Shown here: positions 17,202 through 26,103 of the stretch, in pieces
Numbering within the stretch: the stretch's first letter is position 1
Layout: each line of letters starts with the position of its first letter
NCBI GenBank assembly: GCA_028819305.1
Contig: JAPPLY010000057.1
Span: 30,432-94,431 of the forward strand
Source of the DNA: Bdellovibrionales bacterium
Lineage (GTDB): Bacteria; Bdellovibrionota; Bdellovibrionia; Bdellovibrionales; UBA1609
Reading direction: 5' to 3'
Length of the DNA: 64,000 nucleotides
Notes under the pieces: generated by a model
What the model saw: the letters and a program-made list of their open reading frames with translations, nothing else
Told to the model about the DNA's origin: nothing
The model's database searches: none
Program-made: the position numbers and the translations under genes

Positions 17202-18239
17202 ATGAAGTTAGATAATTTTATTTCTCGAACTTTGACGGCGGTAGGGGCCTTTACCTTTTTCATTCTAGTTTGGTTTTTTTTTCCAGAAAAAGGAATGCCT
17301 TTGCTCGTCTTTGTCATTATGGGTGCTTTGGTTTGGGAATATGAACGATTGGTTTTTATGCCGAGTTGGTCAGGAAATAGCCGCCTTCCGAGTTTCTGTT
17401 CTCTTTTTGGAAAAAAGAGGACCCTGGAAAACCAAGGTTCTTTAGAAACAGGGAACTGTTCTCGTGAAAAAGAGGATCTATCCTCATCCCCCCCTTCCGC
17501 GAGTTTCGTTGGGAGTAAACCAACAGGGTACAATAAAGGCTTTTTTTTATTTTTTCTTTTATCTTCTTTATTTTTTTATTGTTTCTATTTTTTTAAAAAA
17601 CAAAATGTGCTGGAGTTATTTTTCATCTTCTTGTTTTTGTTTTTTGTTTTTGTTTTTTGGATTTTACATAAAAAAAAGAGGGAGCAGATTTTTCATGGAC
17701 TTTGTTTTAGTCTGGTAGGTTGGCTTTATATCGTTTTGCCTTCGGTTTTGTTTTTGGATATGTTTTTACATCAAAAAACGAACACCTGGATTTTATTTTT
17801 ATGTGTTGTATTTTTAGGAGATATTTTTGCTTACCTGGGAGGTCAGCTAAGGGGAAGTAAAAAATGGGCACCCGCTCTTTCTCCTGGAAAAACATGGTTT
17901 GGCTTATTTTGTGGTTTGCTGGCCAGTGGAATAGGTGCTGTGGTTTTAAGTTTTTATATAGATATATATGATGGACAACATGCTTCCCGCTTCGGGACAG
18001 AAATATTTGATTTCCCCTTTTCTTTTTTTCTTTTTATTTTTGGGGCTGTTTTGTTTTTTATTGCTCAAACAGGAGACCTATTCGTCTCTTTACTTAAAAG
18101 ACAAGCGGGTGTGAAAAACAGTGGTTGTTTATTACCGGGCCATGGAGGATTGTTAGACCGTTTAGATGGGCTTTTGTTGGCTTTACCTTTTGTGTATTTT
18201 ATAACTCAGTTGGATCCCTTTTTCATTAAAATCAATTGA
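17202..18239 (+). CDS. cdsA: Phosphatidate cytidylyltransferase (CDP-diglyceride synthase) carrying a 58-codon in-frame repeat insertion
   Basis: The C-terminal signature SLLKRQAGVKNSGCLLPGHGGLLDRLDGLL matches the CdsA S..KR..g.KD.g..iPGHGG.lDR.D motif. 345 aa, against the 285-aa E. coli CdsA as I recall it. Confidence 0.9.
   Translation: MKLDNFISRTLTAVGAFTFFILVWFFFPEKGMPLLVFVIMGALVWEYERLVFMPSWSGNSRLPSFCSLFGKKRTLENQGSLETGNCSREKEDLSSSPPSASFVGSKPTGYNKGFFLFFLLSSLFFYCFYFFKKQNVLELFFIFLFLFFVFVFWILHKKKREQIFHGLCFSLVGWLYIVLPSVLFLDMFLHQKTNTWILFLCVVFLGDIFAYLGGQLRGSKKWAPALSPGKTWFGLFCGLLASGIGAVVLSFYIDIYDGQHASRFGTEIFDFPFSFFLFIFGAVLFFIAQTGDLFVSLLKRQAGVKNSGCLLPGHGGLLDRLDGLLLALPFVYFITQLDPFFIKIN
17358..17531 (+). 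repeat. Family E repeat element inserted in frame in cdsA (174 nt)
   Basis: Starts atgccgagttggtcaggaaatagcc (compare caccgaaccggtcaggaaatcg at 57372). Ends gggagtaaaccaacagggtac (compare ggggatcaaaccagatcagtat at 40392). 174 = 58 x 3. Confidence 0.7.
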
Positions 18240-18477
18240 ATAATTAAAATCAGGCAAAATTGATTTTTTATAATTGTTAAATTGACTCTTTCTTCTTTTT
18301 TTGTCTTCTGGATTTGATGTTTTTCGTGCTGTCTTTTCCGCACAATAAAGTAAAAGCTGATTATAAATACTAGTTTGATTATTTGTAATAGTTTCTAGAA
18401 TCTCAAAATCCATGTAAAAATATAAAAAAATAAAAAAGGAACTGGTGTTTTTAAACGGGATCAGTATAATATAATTC

Positions 18478-20154
18478 ATGTCTATATTATCTAATATGGT
18501 TTTCTCTATAGGGAGTTTAATGAGTGCTCTCCTTCCTTTTATTGTCTTGCTGGGAGTTTTAGTATTTATCCATGAGTTAGGCCACTTTATGGTGGCTAGG
18601 TGGTGTGGAGTTAGGGTAGAGGTTTTTAGCCTTGGCTTTGGTAAAAAACTTCTGAAGTGGAAGAAAAAGGACACTCTTTATTGTATAAGCTTATTTCCTT
18701 TGGGTGGATATGTGAAAATGTTTGGACATGAGTATGGAAAGGAAGTAGCCGAAAAAGATCGTCCGGTGGCTTTTCTTCATAAAAAGTTATGGCAGAGAGC
18801 CGCGATTGTTTTAGCTGGCCCTTTAATGAACTTTTTTTTAGCCATTCTTATTTTTGCCGGTTTGAGTGTCTTTGTGGGAGAAAGAAAAGGGCTTCCGGTT
18901 ATAGGTGAACTGGCCCCTTCTTCGGTCGCCGCTAAAGCCGGGCTGGCTTATGGTGATCTCATTTTATCTATTGGTGATGTTCCTGTAAAAAGTGTAAAAG
19001 AGGTGAGAGAAGTTATCTTTGAAAAACCAGATACTTTGTTGGATATAAAAGTGCGAAATCTTTCCCGGGAAGTGCAAACAAAAAAGGTGCTATCTCAAAC
19101 AGGACCGGCTACGGGAAAATGGGGCTTTTTAGAAAAAGGAGGTGTGATTGATGGGCTTAGCTTTTCCGCCTCTGCCGCGGTGGTGGGAGTCAGCAACCCA
19201 AATAGCCCCGCTGGTCAAGCGGGATTAAAAACTTTTGATAAAGTGATGTCGGTGAACGGAAAAAAAGTAAATACGCGAAAAGAGTTATTTCATCTTTTAA
19301 GCCTCTCTCCTTCTTCTGAATCCTCCTGGACGCTAGAAGTGCAAAGGGGGGAAGAGCTAAAAAAAATAATATTACCTCACTCTAAAAATGATCAAAAAGG
19401 AGATAAGGCCCAGCAGCTGGGTTTTGTTCGTTCTGATTTATTTATAGCCAATTTGAAGAAAAACGGGGTGGCGGAAAAAGCTGGCTTAAAAAAAGAAGAT
19501 TTCATTTTTAAATTGAACGGGGAGCAGGTTCCTTCTTGGTCTTTTTTAGTGGAAAAAATTAAAAACTTTAAAGAGCAGGACGGGACTTTGGAGATGGAAA
19601 TTAAAAGACAAGGGCAAGTAAAATCTTTTTCTTTAGTGCCGGAAATAAGAAAACAAATGATAAACGGGGTGGAAAAAAAATCCTACATGTTAGGTATCAT
19701 TGCTCAGTCCCCTCTTATTCCAGTTGGGGAGAGCTATGTTGAGAAGGAAAAAAATCCAGTAAAAGCTTTAAGCTTTGGAACAGGAAAAGTGCTTCATTGG
19801 TGTGCCTTTCTTTTTGTGTATATTAAAAAGCTGGTAGGGGGAGAGGTATCTACAAAAACTTTGGGAGGAGCTATTACTATAGGGCGGGCGGCTTATGATA
19901 GTTACTCTTATGGCTTAGAGTATTTTTTTAGACTTATGGCTATTTTGTCAGTGCAGTTGTTTTTATTTAATATCTTGCCTATTCCTGTCTTTGATGGAGG
20001 GCACTTGTTATTTTATGTGATCGAGTTTTTTAACGGAGCTCCGTTAAGTATAAAGAAAATGATAATAGCCCAACAAATGGGAGTATTGGCCGTCTTGTTT
20101 TTATTACTTTTTACCACTTTCAATGATCTGCATAATTGGTTATTTACCTGGTGA
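18478..20154 (+). CDS. rseP: RIP zinc metalloprotease RseP (site-2 protease) with PDZ domains
   Basis: HELGHFMVAR (HExxH), FNILPIPVFDGGHLLF (NxxPxxxxDG), PDZ-like segments. Confidence 0.9.
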   Translation: MSILSNMVFSIGSLMSALLPFIVLLGVLVFIHELGHFMVARWCGVRVEVFSLGFGKKLLKWKKKDTLYCISLFPLGGYVKMFGHEYGKEVAEKDRPVAFLHKKLWQRAAIVLAGPLMNFFLAILIFAGLSVFVGERKGLPVIGELAPSSVAAKAGLAYGDLILSIGDVPVKSVKEVREVIFEKPDTLLDIKVRNLSREVQTKKVLSQTGPATGKWGFLEKGGVIDGLSFSASAAVVGVSNPNSPAGQAGLKTFDKVMSVNGKKVNTRKELFHLLSLSPSSESSWTLEVQRGEELKKIILPHSKNDQKGDKAQQLGFVRSDLFIANLKKNGVAEKAGLKKEDFIFKLNGEQVPSWSFLVEKIKNFKEQDGTLEMEIKRQGQVKSFSLVPEIRKQMINGVEKKSYMLGIIAQSPLIPVGESYVEKEKNPVKALSFGTGKVLHWCAFLFVYIKKLVGGEVSTKTLGGAITIGRAAYDSYSYGLEYFFRLMAILSVQLFLFNILPIPVFDGGHLLFYVIEFFNGAPLSIKKMIIAQQMGVLAVLFLLLFTTFNDLHNWLFTW

Positions 20155-20900
20155 TTTGTAAAAAAGTTTGTTTACTTATAGAAACAACTAGCCCCCGAGG
20201 CTCCCTCGGTTTATATTCTCTGTCATCTGAAAAGAGTATAGATCGCCCCTTATTAGTAAAGGAGTGGAAAGGGCCTTCTCATAGCTCCGCTATCACGCCG
20301 GCTTTTGAGTCTATTTTGAATTTTTATCTCAAACCGGCTGATTTTTCGTCTTCAGTCGTTACAAATCATTCCTATTTAAAAACTCTCTCATCCCATATAG
20401 CTTTTATAGCTTTAGGTATTGGTCCCGGTCGTTTTACCGGTGTGCGAGTAGGAGTGAGCTTTGCCAAGACTTTAGGTTTCTTATTGCGTCGGCCTATATA
20501 CCCTGTTTCTTCTCTTAAAATATTGGCGCAGTCTCAGGTAGAACAAGAAAAACCTATATTGGTGATCTTAAATGCTTTTAAGAACAGCGTATATAAGGCT
20601 CTTTATCAAAAAAAAGAATCTAAATTAGAAGAACTGATACCTCCCTGTGTTGTTCTTCCAAAGGATATAGGTAAAGGTATTTTTGAAAAATGTGTTTGTA
20701 TAGGAGACGCCTATTCCGTATATAAGGATTTATTACCTGATGATTTGAGAGACAAACTTCAGGTGAAAGAAAATATTTTTCCAAAAGTAGAGTACTTGGC
20801 TTCTCTTTTGCAAAGAGAGCTTAAAGTCTCTCACTATGTTGACTGGAGAGAGCTTAAACCCGTGTATTTAAGATCGCCAGTATCTCTTATAAAGACATAA
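20151..20900 (+). CDS. tsaB: tRNA t6A37 biosynthesis protein TsaB
   Basis: LLIETTSPRGSLGLY and IAFIALGIGPGRFTGVRVGVSFAKTLGF match TsaB. I prefer the GTG at 20151, which overlaps the rseP stop (GTGA). The ORF track starts at 20136. Confidence 0.7.
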   Translation: MICKKVCLLIETTSPRGSLGLYSLSSEKSIDRPLLVKEWKGPSHSSAITPAFESILNFYLKPADFSSSVVTNHSYLKTLSSHIAFIALGIGPGRFTGVRVGVSFAKTLGFLLRRPIYPVSSLKILAQSQVEQEKPILVILNAFKNSVYKALYQKKESKLEELIPPCVVLPKDIGKGIFEKCVCIGDAYSVYKDLLPDDLRDKLQVKENIFPKVEYLASLLQRELKVSHYVDWRELKPVYLRSPVSLIKT

Positions 20901-20928
20901 AAGATTTGTTGGAAAAGGGGGGTATAAG

Positions 20929-21948
20929 GTGTCTCGGATGGAAAAAGAAATCCAGGTTTCTCCAGAACAGGAAGGTTTAAGGTTGGATATTTTCTTATCT
21001 CAATATGTTTCCAGTCGTTCGCAGGCGGAAAAGATAATAAAAAAAGGATGGGTGAAAAGTGTCCGTGCCGGATCTTGTGAAAGTGTTAAACCTTCTCATA
21101 AGGTAAAGGCAGGTGAGTGTTATCGCTTTTTTTTAAGAGATACAGCCCTTTCGGAAAAGGACTCGTTAAAACCCTATGATTATGATATTCCTATATTATA
21201 TGAAGATACAGATATATTGGTGATAAATAAGCCCGCTGGTATAGTAGTGCACCCGGGAGCTGGACACGAGCAAGATACTTTAGTGAACGCTTTAATTGGA
21301 AAAGTGCCTTTATCTTCCGGGGGGGATCCCCTAAGACCAGGTATTGTTCACCGTTTAGATAAAGGGGTCAGTGGTCTTTTGCTTTTAAGTAAAACCGATA
21401 GGGCTCAGAGTTTTTTAATTGAACAGTTTAAATCTAGGAAAATTAAACGTATTTATCGGGCCTTAGTCCTGGGGTCAGTGAAAAAACATTCTGGGCGGGT
21501 GTTTAGTTTTATTGGTCGGCACCCTAAAGATAGAAAAAAGTTTTACTCCTTTGATAAAGAAGTAACAGGGGCTAAAAAAGCTCTGACTCACTATCAGGTT
21601 ATAGAGTCTTTTCAAGATGACCTTCACCATATTCAATGTTGTTTAGAAACAGGGAGGACCCATCAAATACGGGTTCATTTAAGTCAGGAAGGCTTGCCTA
21701 TTTTAGGAGATGAAGTCTATGGTTCCCGTCGCCGTCAAAGCAAAGCTTTAAATCGTATGACTAAAGAATTATATCCAGCTGGTCAGGAAAATTCGTTTTC
21801 ACAGATAGCTCTTTATTCCGCTTTCTTGGAGTTTATTCACCCGATAGAACAGAAATTGTTGAGCTTTTCTCTTCCCTGGCCTGAGAAATTTCATCCCTTT
21901 ATAAAAAAATTGGGTTTTAGCCCTAAAGGGCCTGATTTTTCAGGATAG
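20929..21948 (+). CDS. rluD: 23S rRNA pseudouridine synthase, RluD family
   Basis: S4-like N-terminus (GLRLDIFLSQYV...SRSQAEKIIKKG), catalytic HRLDKGVSGLLLLSK, ETGRTHQIRVHL. Confidence 0.85.
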   Translation: MSRMEKEIQVSPEQEGLRLDIFLSQYVSSRSQAEKIIKKGWVKSVRAGSCESVKPSHKVKAGECYRFFLRDTALSEKDSLKPYDYDIPILYEDTDILVINKPAGIVVHPGAGHEQDTLVNALIGKVPLSSGGDPLRPGIVHRLDKGVSGLLLLSKTDRAQSFLIEQFKSRKIKRIYRALVLGSVKKHSGRVFSFIGRHPKDRKKFYSFDKEVTGAKKALTHYQVIESFQDDLHHIQCCLETGRTHQIRVHLSQEGLPILGDEVYGSRRRQSKALNRMTKELYPAGQENSFSQIALYSAFLEFIHPIEQKLLSFSLPWPEKFHPFIKKLGFSPKGPDFSG

Positions 21949-22038
21949 CCAGAGTTATTCTAACTAATAAAAATTTTATATTTTTTATAAATGAACCGAA
22001 AAAAAAATATAAGTTAACCCGGTTCGTTCGTAAAATAG

Positions 22039-22530
22039 GTGTTTTTAGGAAGAAAGGGAAAAAGCGTGACAAGGATATCCTGGTTTTTTCTTATTTTTGT
22101 TTTTTTTATTTTAAATGTCGGTTCTACTGTCATTTTGTTTTCTCCTATGCGGCAGGGAGTGCAAAGTTGGCTTGTATCTGAAGAGAAAAAGTTACTGTCT
22201 GTGGTGCATTCAAGAGACTTAATATATGATGGAACCCCTATAAAGGTAGTAAAGTTTCAAACTTTAAAAGGTATCGTGTTGGAGTTTTATTCCAAACATC
22301 AAAATGGTTATCATGCCTTAGTGACTCGGGTGGAAATTCCTAGCGCTAAAGATGGTTTTTTTGATCATCGTGGGCAGGCGGTTCAATTAGCCGTGGTGGA
22401 TTTGGATGGAGATGGTAAAATGGAGCTTCTTTCTCCTACTTTTAATGAGCATCTTCAAGCGAGCTTAAATCCTTATCATTATTCCACAGAGGCAAAGGCT
22501 TTTATTCCGTTTTTCTTTCCTAAAAATTAA
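22039..22530 (+). CDS. Membrane-anchored hypothetical protein
   Basis: 163 aa. N-terminal TM ISWFFLIFVFFILNVGSTVILF. VVDLDGDGKMELL resembles an FG-GAP/VCBS-type Ca-binding loop. Confidence 0.4.
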   Translation: MFLGRKGKSVTRISWFFLIFVFFILNVGSTVILFSPMRQGVQSWLVSEEKKLLSVVHSRDLIYDGTPIKVVKFQTLKGIVLEFYSKHQNGYHALVTRVEIPSAKDGFFDHRGQAVQLAVVDLDGDGKMELLSPTFNEHLQASLNPYHYSTEAKAFIPFFFPKN

Positions 22531-22544
22531 ATTGCTGATAATGT

Positions 22545-22704
22545 TATATCCGTTCGGTTTGCTCCCAGACTGTCGCTAGGACCAGGAAGTTTAGTCATTT
22601 CCGCTAAGCTTATCCCCGTAAAAGCGGGGAGAGGGAACCTTGTTTACTCCCCTCTGGCTGCATGGAATAATAAACACACTTCCAAACTCACAAACAAGGA
22701 GTAT
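22545..22704 (+). repeat. Family E repeat element
   Basis: tatatccgttcggtttgc start. Internal hairpin cttatccccgtaaaagcgggga, shared with 61650-61675 (cttatccccgcttccgcggggataag). Ends tcacaaacaaggagtat. Confidence 0.55.
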
Positions 22705-22784
22705 CCTTTTCTCTTTCTTATTATTTTCTATACAACAAAGTGGCAAAAATTGACAAAATTATAAAATAATAGCAAAAGTTTTTT

Positions 22785-23393
22785 ATGGTTTATAAACATC
22801 ATGTCCCTTCTTTAGATCGTTTGATCCATGAATTAAAAAAATGGCCGGGGGTAGGGCCTCGTAGTGCCAATCGCTGGGCAAATTGGCTGTTAAGAACATC
22901 TAAAGTGGAGATTCAACAACTCAGACAAGCTCTAAAAGATATAAAAACTAATATCAAAAAATGCCCAGGGTGTTTTACTTTAACCGAAGAGGAAAAGCTA
23001 TGCTATTTATGTGATTCTCCAACTCGTAAAAAAGATATTATTTGTATTGTGGAGGAACCTTTTGATATTGCTCATATTGAAGCGTCTGGTAAATTTAAAG
23101 GGCAATATCATGTGTTACATGGGGCTTTATCCCCTTTAAATAAGGTTACCCCGGAGGATCTGACGCTTGGCCCTCTTATGGATAAAATACGAAAAGGACA
23201 AATAAAAGAAGTGATTTTGGCTTTAGATGCAGATATGGAAGGGGATATTACAGCTTTGTATATAGGAAAAATGATGAAAAATTATCATGTAAAAGTATCT
23301 CGCCTAGCTCATGGTATCCCGTTTGGAGGAGATATTGATTATATTGACGAACAAACTTTAGGTCGGGCTTTGGAAAATCGAGTGGAAATATAA
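22785..23393 (+). CDS. recR: Recombination protein RecR
   Basis: LIHELKKWPGVGPRSANRWA (HhH), C4 zinc finger CPGCFTLTEEEKLCYLCDS, Toprim ICIVEEPFDI. Confidence 0.95.
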   Translation: MVYKHHVPSLDRLIHELKKWPGVGPRSANRWANWLLRTSKVEIQQLRQALKDIKTNIKKCPGCFTLTEEEKLCYLCDSPTRKKDIICIVEEPFDIAHIEASGKFKGQYHVLHGALSPLNKVTPEDLTLGPLMDKIRKGQIKEVILALDADMEGDITALYIGKMMKNYHVKVSRLAHGIPFGGDIDYIDEQTLGRALENRVEI

Positions 23394-23395
23394 AA

Positions 23396-23986
23396 ATGTC
23401 TCTTTTTAATTATAACTCCAAGGAAATTCATTGTAAGGTCATCTATTACGGTCCGGTAGGAGCTGGTAAGACCACTAATATCAAATGGATCTGCCGAAAT
23501 ACTTTAGATCAAAAGTGGGATGTGTTTTCCATTCCTTTGCAGACAAAACCCAGCGCTTTCTTTGATTTTTTGCCTTTGGATATCGGTTCCATTCGGGGGT
23601 TTAAAACGCGATTTCACCTTTATACCATTCCGGGAAATGATTTATTTGAAACTTCTCAAAAACTCTTGTTGAAGGGAGTTGATGGTATCGTGTTTGTTGT
23701 GGATTCACAAAAAGGTAAAATGGAGGAAAATGAAAAATCTATGAACCAGCTAAAACAATATTTAAGTGAAGAAGGCTTATCTTTAGAAAAAATTCCTATG
23801 GTTATACAGTACAATAAAAGAGATCTACCGGATATTCATTCTATTACACATATTCGTACAGCCTTAAATTATTATAATCATCCTGATTTTTCAGCTTGTG
23901 CTGAAAAAGGGCAAAATGTTTTTGAGCCTTTAAAAACGCTTTTAAAGATGGTCCTTACTGTTCTGAAAGGGGGTCGTTTTCAATAA
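23396..23986 (+). CDS. mglA: MglA-family Ras-like small GTPase (gliding/polarity GTPase)
   Basis: Collinear with my recollection of the M. xanthus MglA sequence. NYNSKEIHCKVIYYGPVGAGKTTN, FFDFLPL, IRGFKTRFHLYTIPGN, LLKGVDGIVFVVDSQ, VIQYNKRDLP. Starts 2 nt after the recR stop. Confidence 0.9.
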   Translation: MSLFNYNSKEIHCKVIYYGPVGAGKTTNIKWICRNTLDQKWDVFSIPLQTKPSAFFDFLPLDIGSIRGFKTRFHLYTIPGNDLFETSQKLLLKGVDGIVFVVDSQKGKMEENEKSMNQLKQYLSEEGLSLEKIPMVIQYNKRDLPDIHSITHIRTALNYYNHPDFSACAEKGQNVFEPLKTLLKMVLTVLKGGRFQ

Positions 23987-24233
23987 TCCTTGAGTTTACT
24001 ATGTAATAATTTCTCCATGCGCCAAAGTTCTGAAAGGGGGGTGCTTTCAATAATCCTTGAGGAGAACAATCTGGAATTTTATTTTAAATGTTTTGAGATA
24101 AGGTCGTTTTCAATTCTTCTTAAAAAAGGTCTTTTACTGTTTGATGAGTTTGTTCCGTTTGGTTTTATTTTCTTAAAAATGGTTTTTATAAATTTATTAG
24201 TCAGAAAAGTGTTTCAATTATAGAATCTTAAGG
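23960..24233 (+). repeat. Decaying tandem array of copies of the mglA 3' end (stop-codon-spanning 35-mers)
   Basis: gttctgaaagggggtcgttttcaataatccttgag 23960-23994 (contains stop TAA 23984-23986); gttctgaaaggggggtgctttcaataatccttgag 24027-24061; gagataaggtcgttttcaattcttcttaa 24095-24123; tcagaaaagtgtttcaattatagaatcttaagg 24201-24233. The period is ~67 bp for the first three copies. Confidence 0.8.
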
Positions 24234-24393
24234 AAGAAGAATAAAAAAAACCAAGTTGGTAAAAAATCTTTAAAGACTTTAGTCTGGTGACCGATACTTA
24301 TATTGATCTTGTAGGGATTACTGCCGGGATCAATATAAAAACTTTGGTTCTTGACTGATGACAGGTACGTAACAGAAAGGGTGGGTACTTATA

Positions 24394-24753
24394 ATGAATT
24401 TGAGTAATCAGGAAACACAACAGATAAAAGCTTGTTCTATCACTTTTTCCAATGAGGAAAATATTATAGCTAAAAGAGCAATTATTTCGGAGGTGACAAC
24501 CAGTGGTTTTAAGCTCATTCTTAATTATCGTAATTTGGTGCCGGATTCTCTCAAATTTCAATTACACTTAAATACTTTGTGGTATAAAAACATTCGTATA
24601 TATATACCTGATATGGAAATGGATTGGGAAGGGAAAGTGGTCGGCACTCAACATCTGGGAAAAGGCTGCTTTGAGGTGAATATAGAATTTTTTCAGGAAG
24701 TCCCAAATTATTGGCGGGAGTGTCTATTTGAATTATGGCCTAAACCTATTTGA
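24394..24753 (+). CDS. Small protein, possibly a degenerate PilZ domain
   Basis: 119 aa. EVTTSGFKL resembles the (D/N)xSxxG half-motif and the C-terminus FEVNIEFFQEVPNYWRECLFELW resembles PilZ ends. No RxxxR motif. Weak call. Confidence 0.3.
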   Translation: MNLSNQETQQIKACSITFSNEENIIAKRAIISEVTTSGFKLILNYRNLVPDSLKFQLHLNTLWYKNIRIYIPDMEMDWEGKVVGTQHLGKGCFEVNIEFFQEVPNYWRECLFELWPKPI

Positions 24754-24792
24754 TTATCATATCACTTTGTTACGAGAAAAATAGGATGGAGA

Positions 24793-26103
24793 TTATAAAT
24801 CTTTAGAATCTAAAATCTCGGCGGAAAATATGTTTTGGATCTCCTGGATCAAATGATGTTCTTGAACCTGGGTTTCTTTCGACGGTGAAACTTCTTTTAA
24901 TATCTGTCCTTTTTTTTCCTCGATGGAGTGGTTTGTGACTTTCGGGGCTTCTTTTTTTGGTGGAGGTAGCTTGTTTGTTGTGGGAGGTATAACTCCAAAG
25001 AGGCTTTCTACATAAGGAGCTTGACTCATTTTTAAAAGGAGCATTTCTAAAAAGACTTTTGTGTCTTGAACGCGAGTGATATCCCAAGAGCCTTTTAAAG
25101 CCATGTCTAAAAGGAGATGGAGATCTTCGGGGGAGATATCTTGAACCCATTTTGAAAGTTTTAGTTTCTCCTTTTGAGACAAAGAGATCAAATGGTGTGT
25201 AGAGGGGGGGGGAGCTAATTTTAATAATAATAGATTTCTTAATTCTTTAATCAGGTTTTGTAAGAAAACGGAAGGGTCTCCTCCTTTTATATGAAGTTGG
25301 TCAAGCACTTTCAGTATTTGTTGGGGATTTTTTTCTAAAATCCCTTGGAGACTTTGGGTAAGAAGAGCCTCGTCTGTCAATCCTAACACTTCACTTACAT
25401 CTTTAGATGTAAAGTGATTATGGCAAAATGTCATCATTTGATCTAAAAGCCCCTGAGCGTCCCTTAAAGAACCCTGCGCCTCTCTTACCAAAATCCATAG
25501 GGCATTGTCTTCTGTCTGTGCTTTTTCTTTCTTACATATTTTTTTTAACTGCTCATAGATAAGGTGGTCAGCGATCTGATGAAATTGTAAAATCTGACAT
25601 CGCGAAAGTACCGTGGCAGGAATTTTTCTCATCTCTGTTGTAGCCATGATAAAAAGAGCATGAGGGGGAGGTTCTTCCAATGTTTTTAGCAACGCATTGA
25701 AAGCGCTCACAGATAACATGTGCACTTCATCAATGATATATATTTTATAAGGAGCGGCGGGAAGATAAATAATGGTTTCTTTTAGCTGTCTCACCGCTTC
25801 CACTCCATTATTGGAGGCTCCATCAATTTCCATAACATCTAAAGAGCAGCTGCTATCTATGTCTTGGCAAACTGTACAGTGATTGCAGGGAATAAAATTT
25901 TTTAAATTTAAACAATTTAAGCTTTTAGATAAAATACGTGCCGTGGAAGTTTTTCCTGTACCGCGCGGGCCTGAGAAAATAAGGGCAGGGTGCAGTCGTT
26001 TGTGTTTTAAACTATTTGTTAAAATGCGCACAACAGAACTTTGGCCAACAAGGTCTTCAAAAACAGCAGGTCTCCATTTTCTAGCTAGCACTTGATAAGA
26101 CAA
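24793..26103 (-). CDS. dnaX: DNA polymerase III subunit gamma/tau
   Basis: SYQVLARKWRPAVFEDLVGQ, Walker A GPRGTGKTS, Zn module CNHCTVCQDI, DEVHMLS. I prefer the TTG at 26103 (GGAGGTG SD 6 nt upstream, giving MSYQVLARKWRP as in E. coli). The ORF track extends to 26118. Confidence 0.9.
   Translation of the reverse strand: MSYQVLARKWRPAVFEDLVGQSSVVRILTNSLKHKRLHPALIFSGPRGTGKTSTARILSKSLNCLNLKNFIPCNHCTVCQDIDSSCSLDVMEIDGASNNGVEAVRQLKETIIYLPAAPYKIYIIDEVHMLSVSAFNALLKTLEEPPPHALFIMATTEMRKIPATVLSRCQILQFHQIADHLIYEQLKKICKKEKAQTEDNALWILVREAQGSLRDAQGLLDQMMTFCHNHFTSKDVSEVLGLTDEALLTQSLQGILEKNPQQILKVLDQLHIKGGDPSVFLQNLIKELRNLLLLKLAPPPSTHHLISLSQKEKLKLSKWVQDISPEDLHLLLDMALKGSWDITRVQDTKVFLEMLLLKMSQAPYVESLFGVIPPTTNKLPPPKKEAPKVTNHSIEEKKGQILKEVSPSKETQVQEHHLIQEIQNIFSAEILDSKDL

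Noticed and set aside
18240-18477. Absence of dxr from the frr-uppS-cdsA-rseP cluster as evidence for a non-MEP isoprenoid pathway
   Set aside because: Gene order varies between phyla and dxr may lie elsewhere. Absence from one window is not evidence.
18183-18674. 163-aa minus-strand ORF spanning the cdsA-rseP gap
   Set aside because: It overlaps the ends of two confidently called plus-strand genes. Its composition is low-complexity AT-rich and it has no recognisable features.
23990-24223. 77-aa ORF from the ORF track
   Set aside because: It is composed almost entirely of the decaying mglA-3' repeat units. There is no independent RBS beyond the repeated one and it resembles no family.
23960-24233. 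Possible CRISPR mini-array downstream of mglA (~67-bp period)
   Set aside because: The reasons are the same: the first unit is the 3' end of a conserved CDS, the copies decay rapidly, there are only 2 good repeats, and there are no cas genes.
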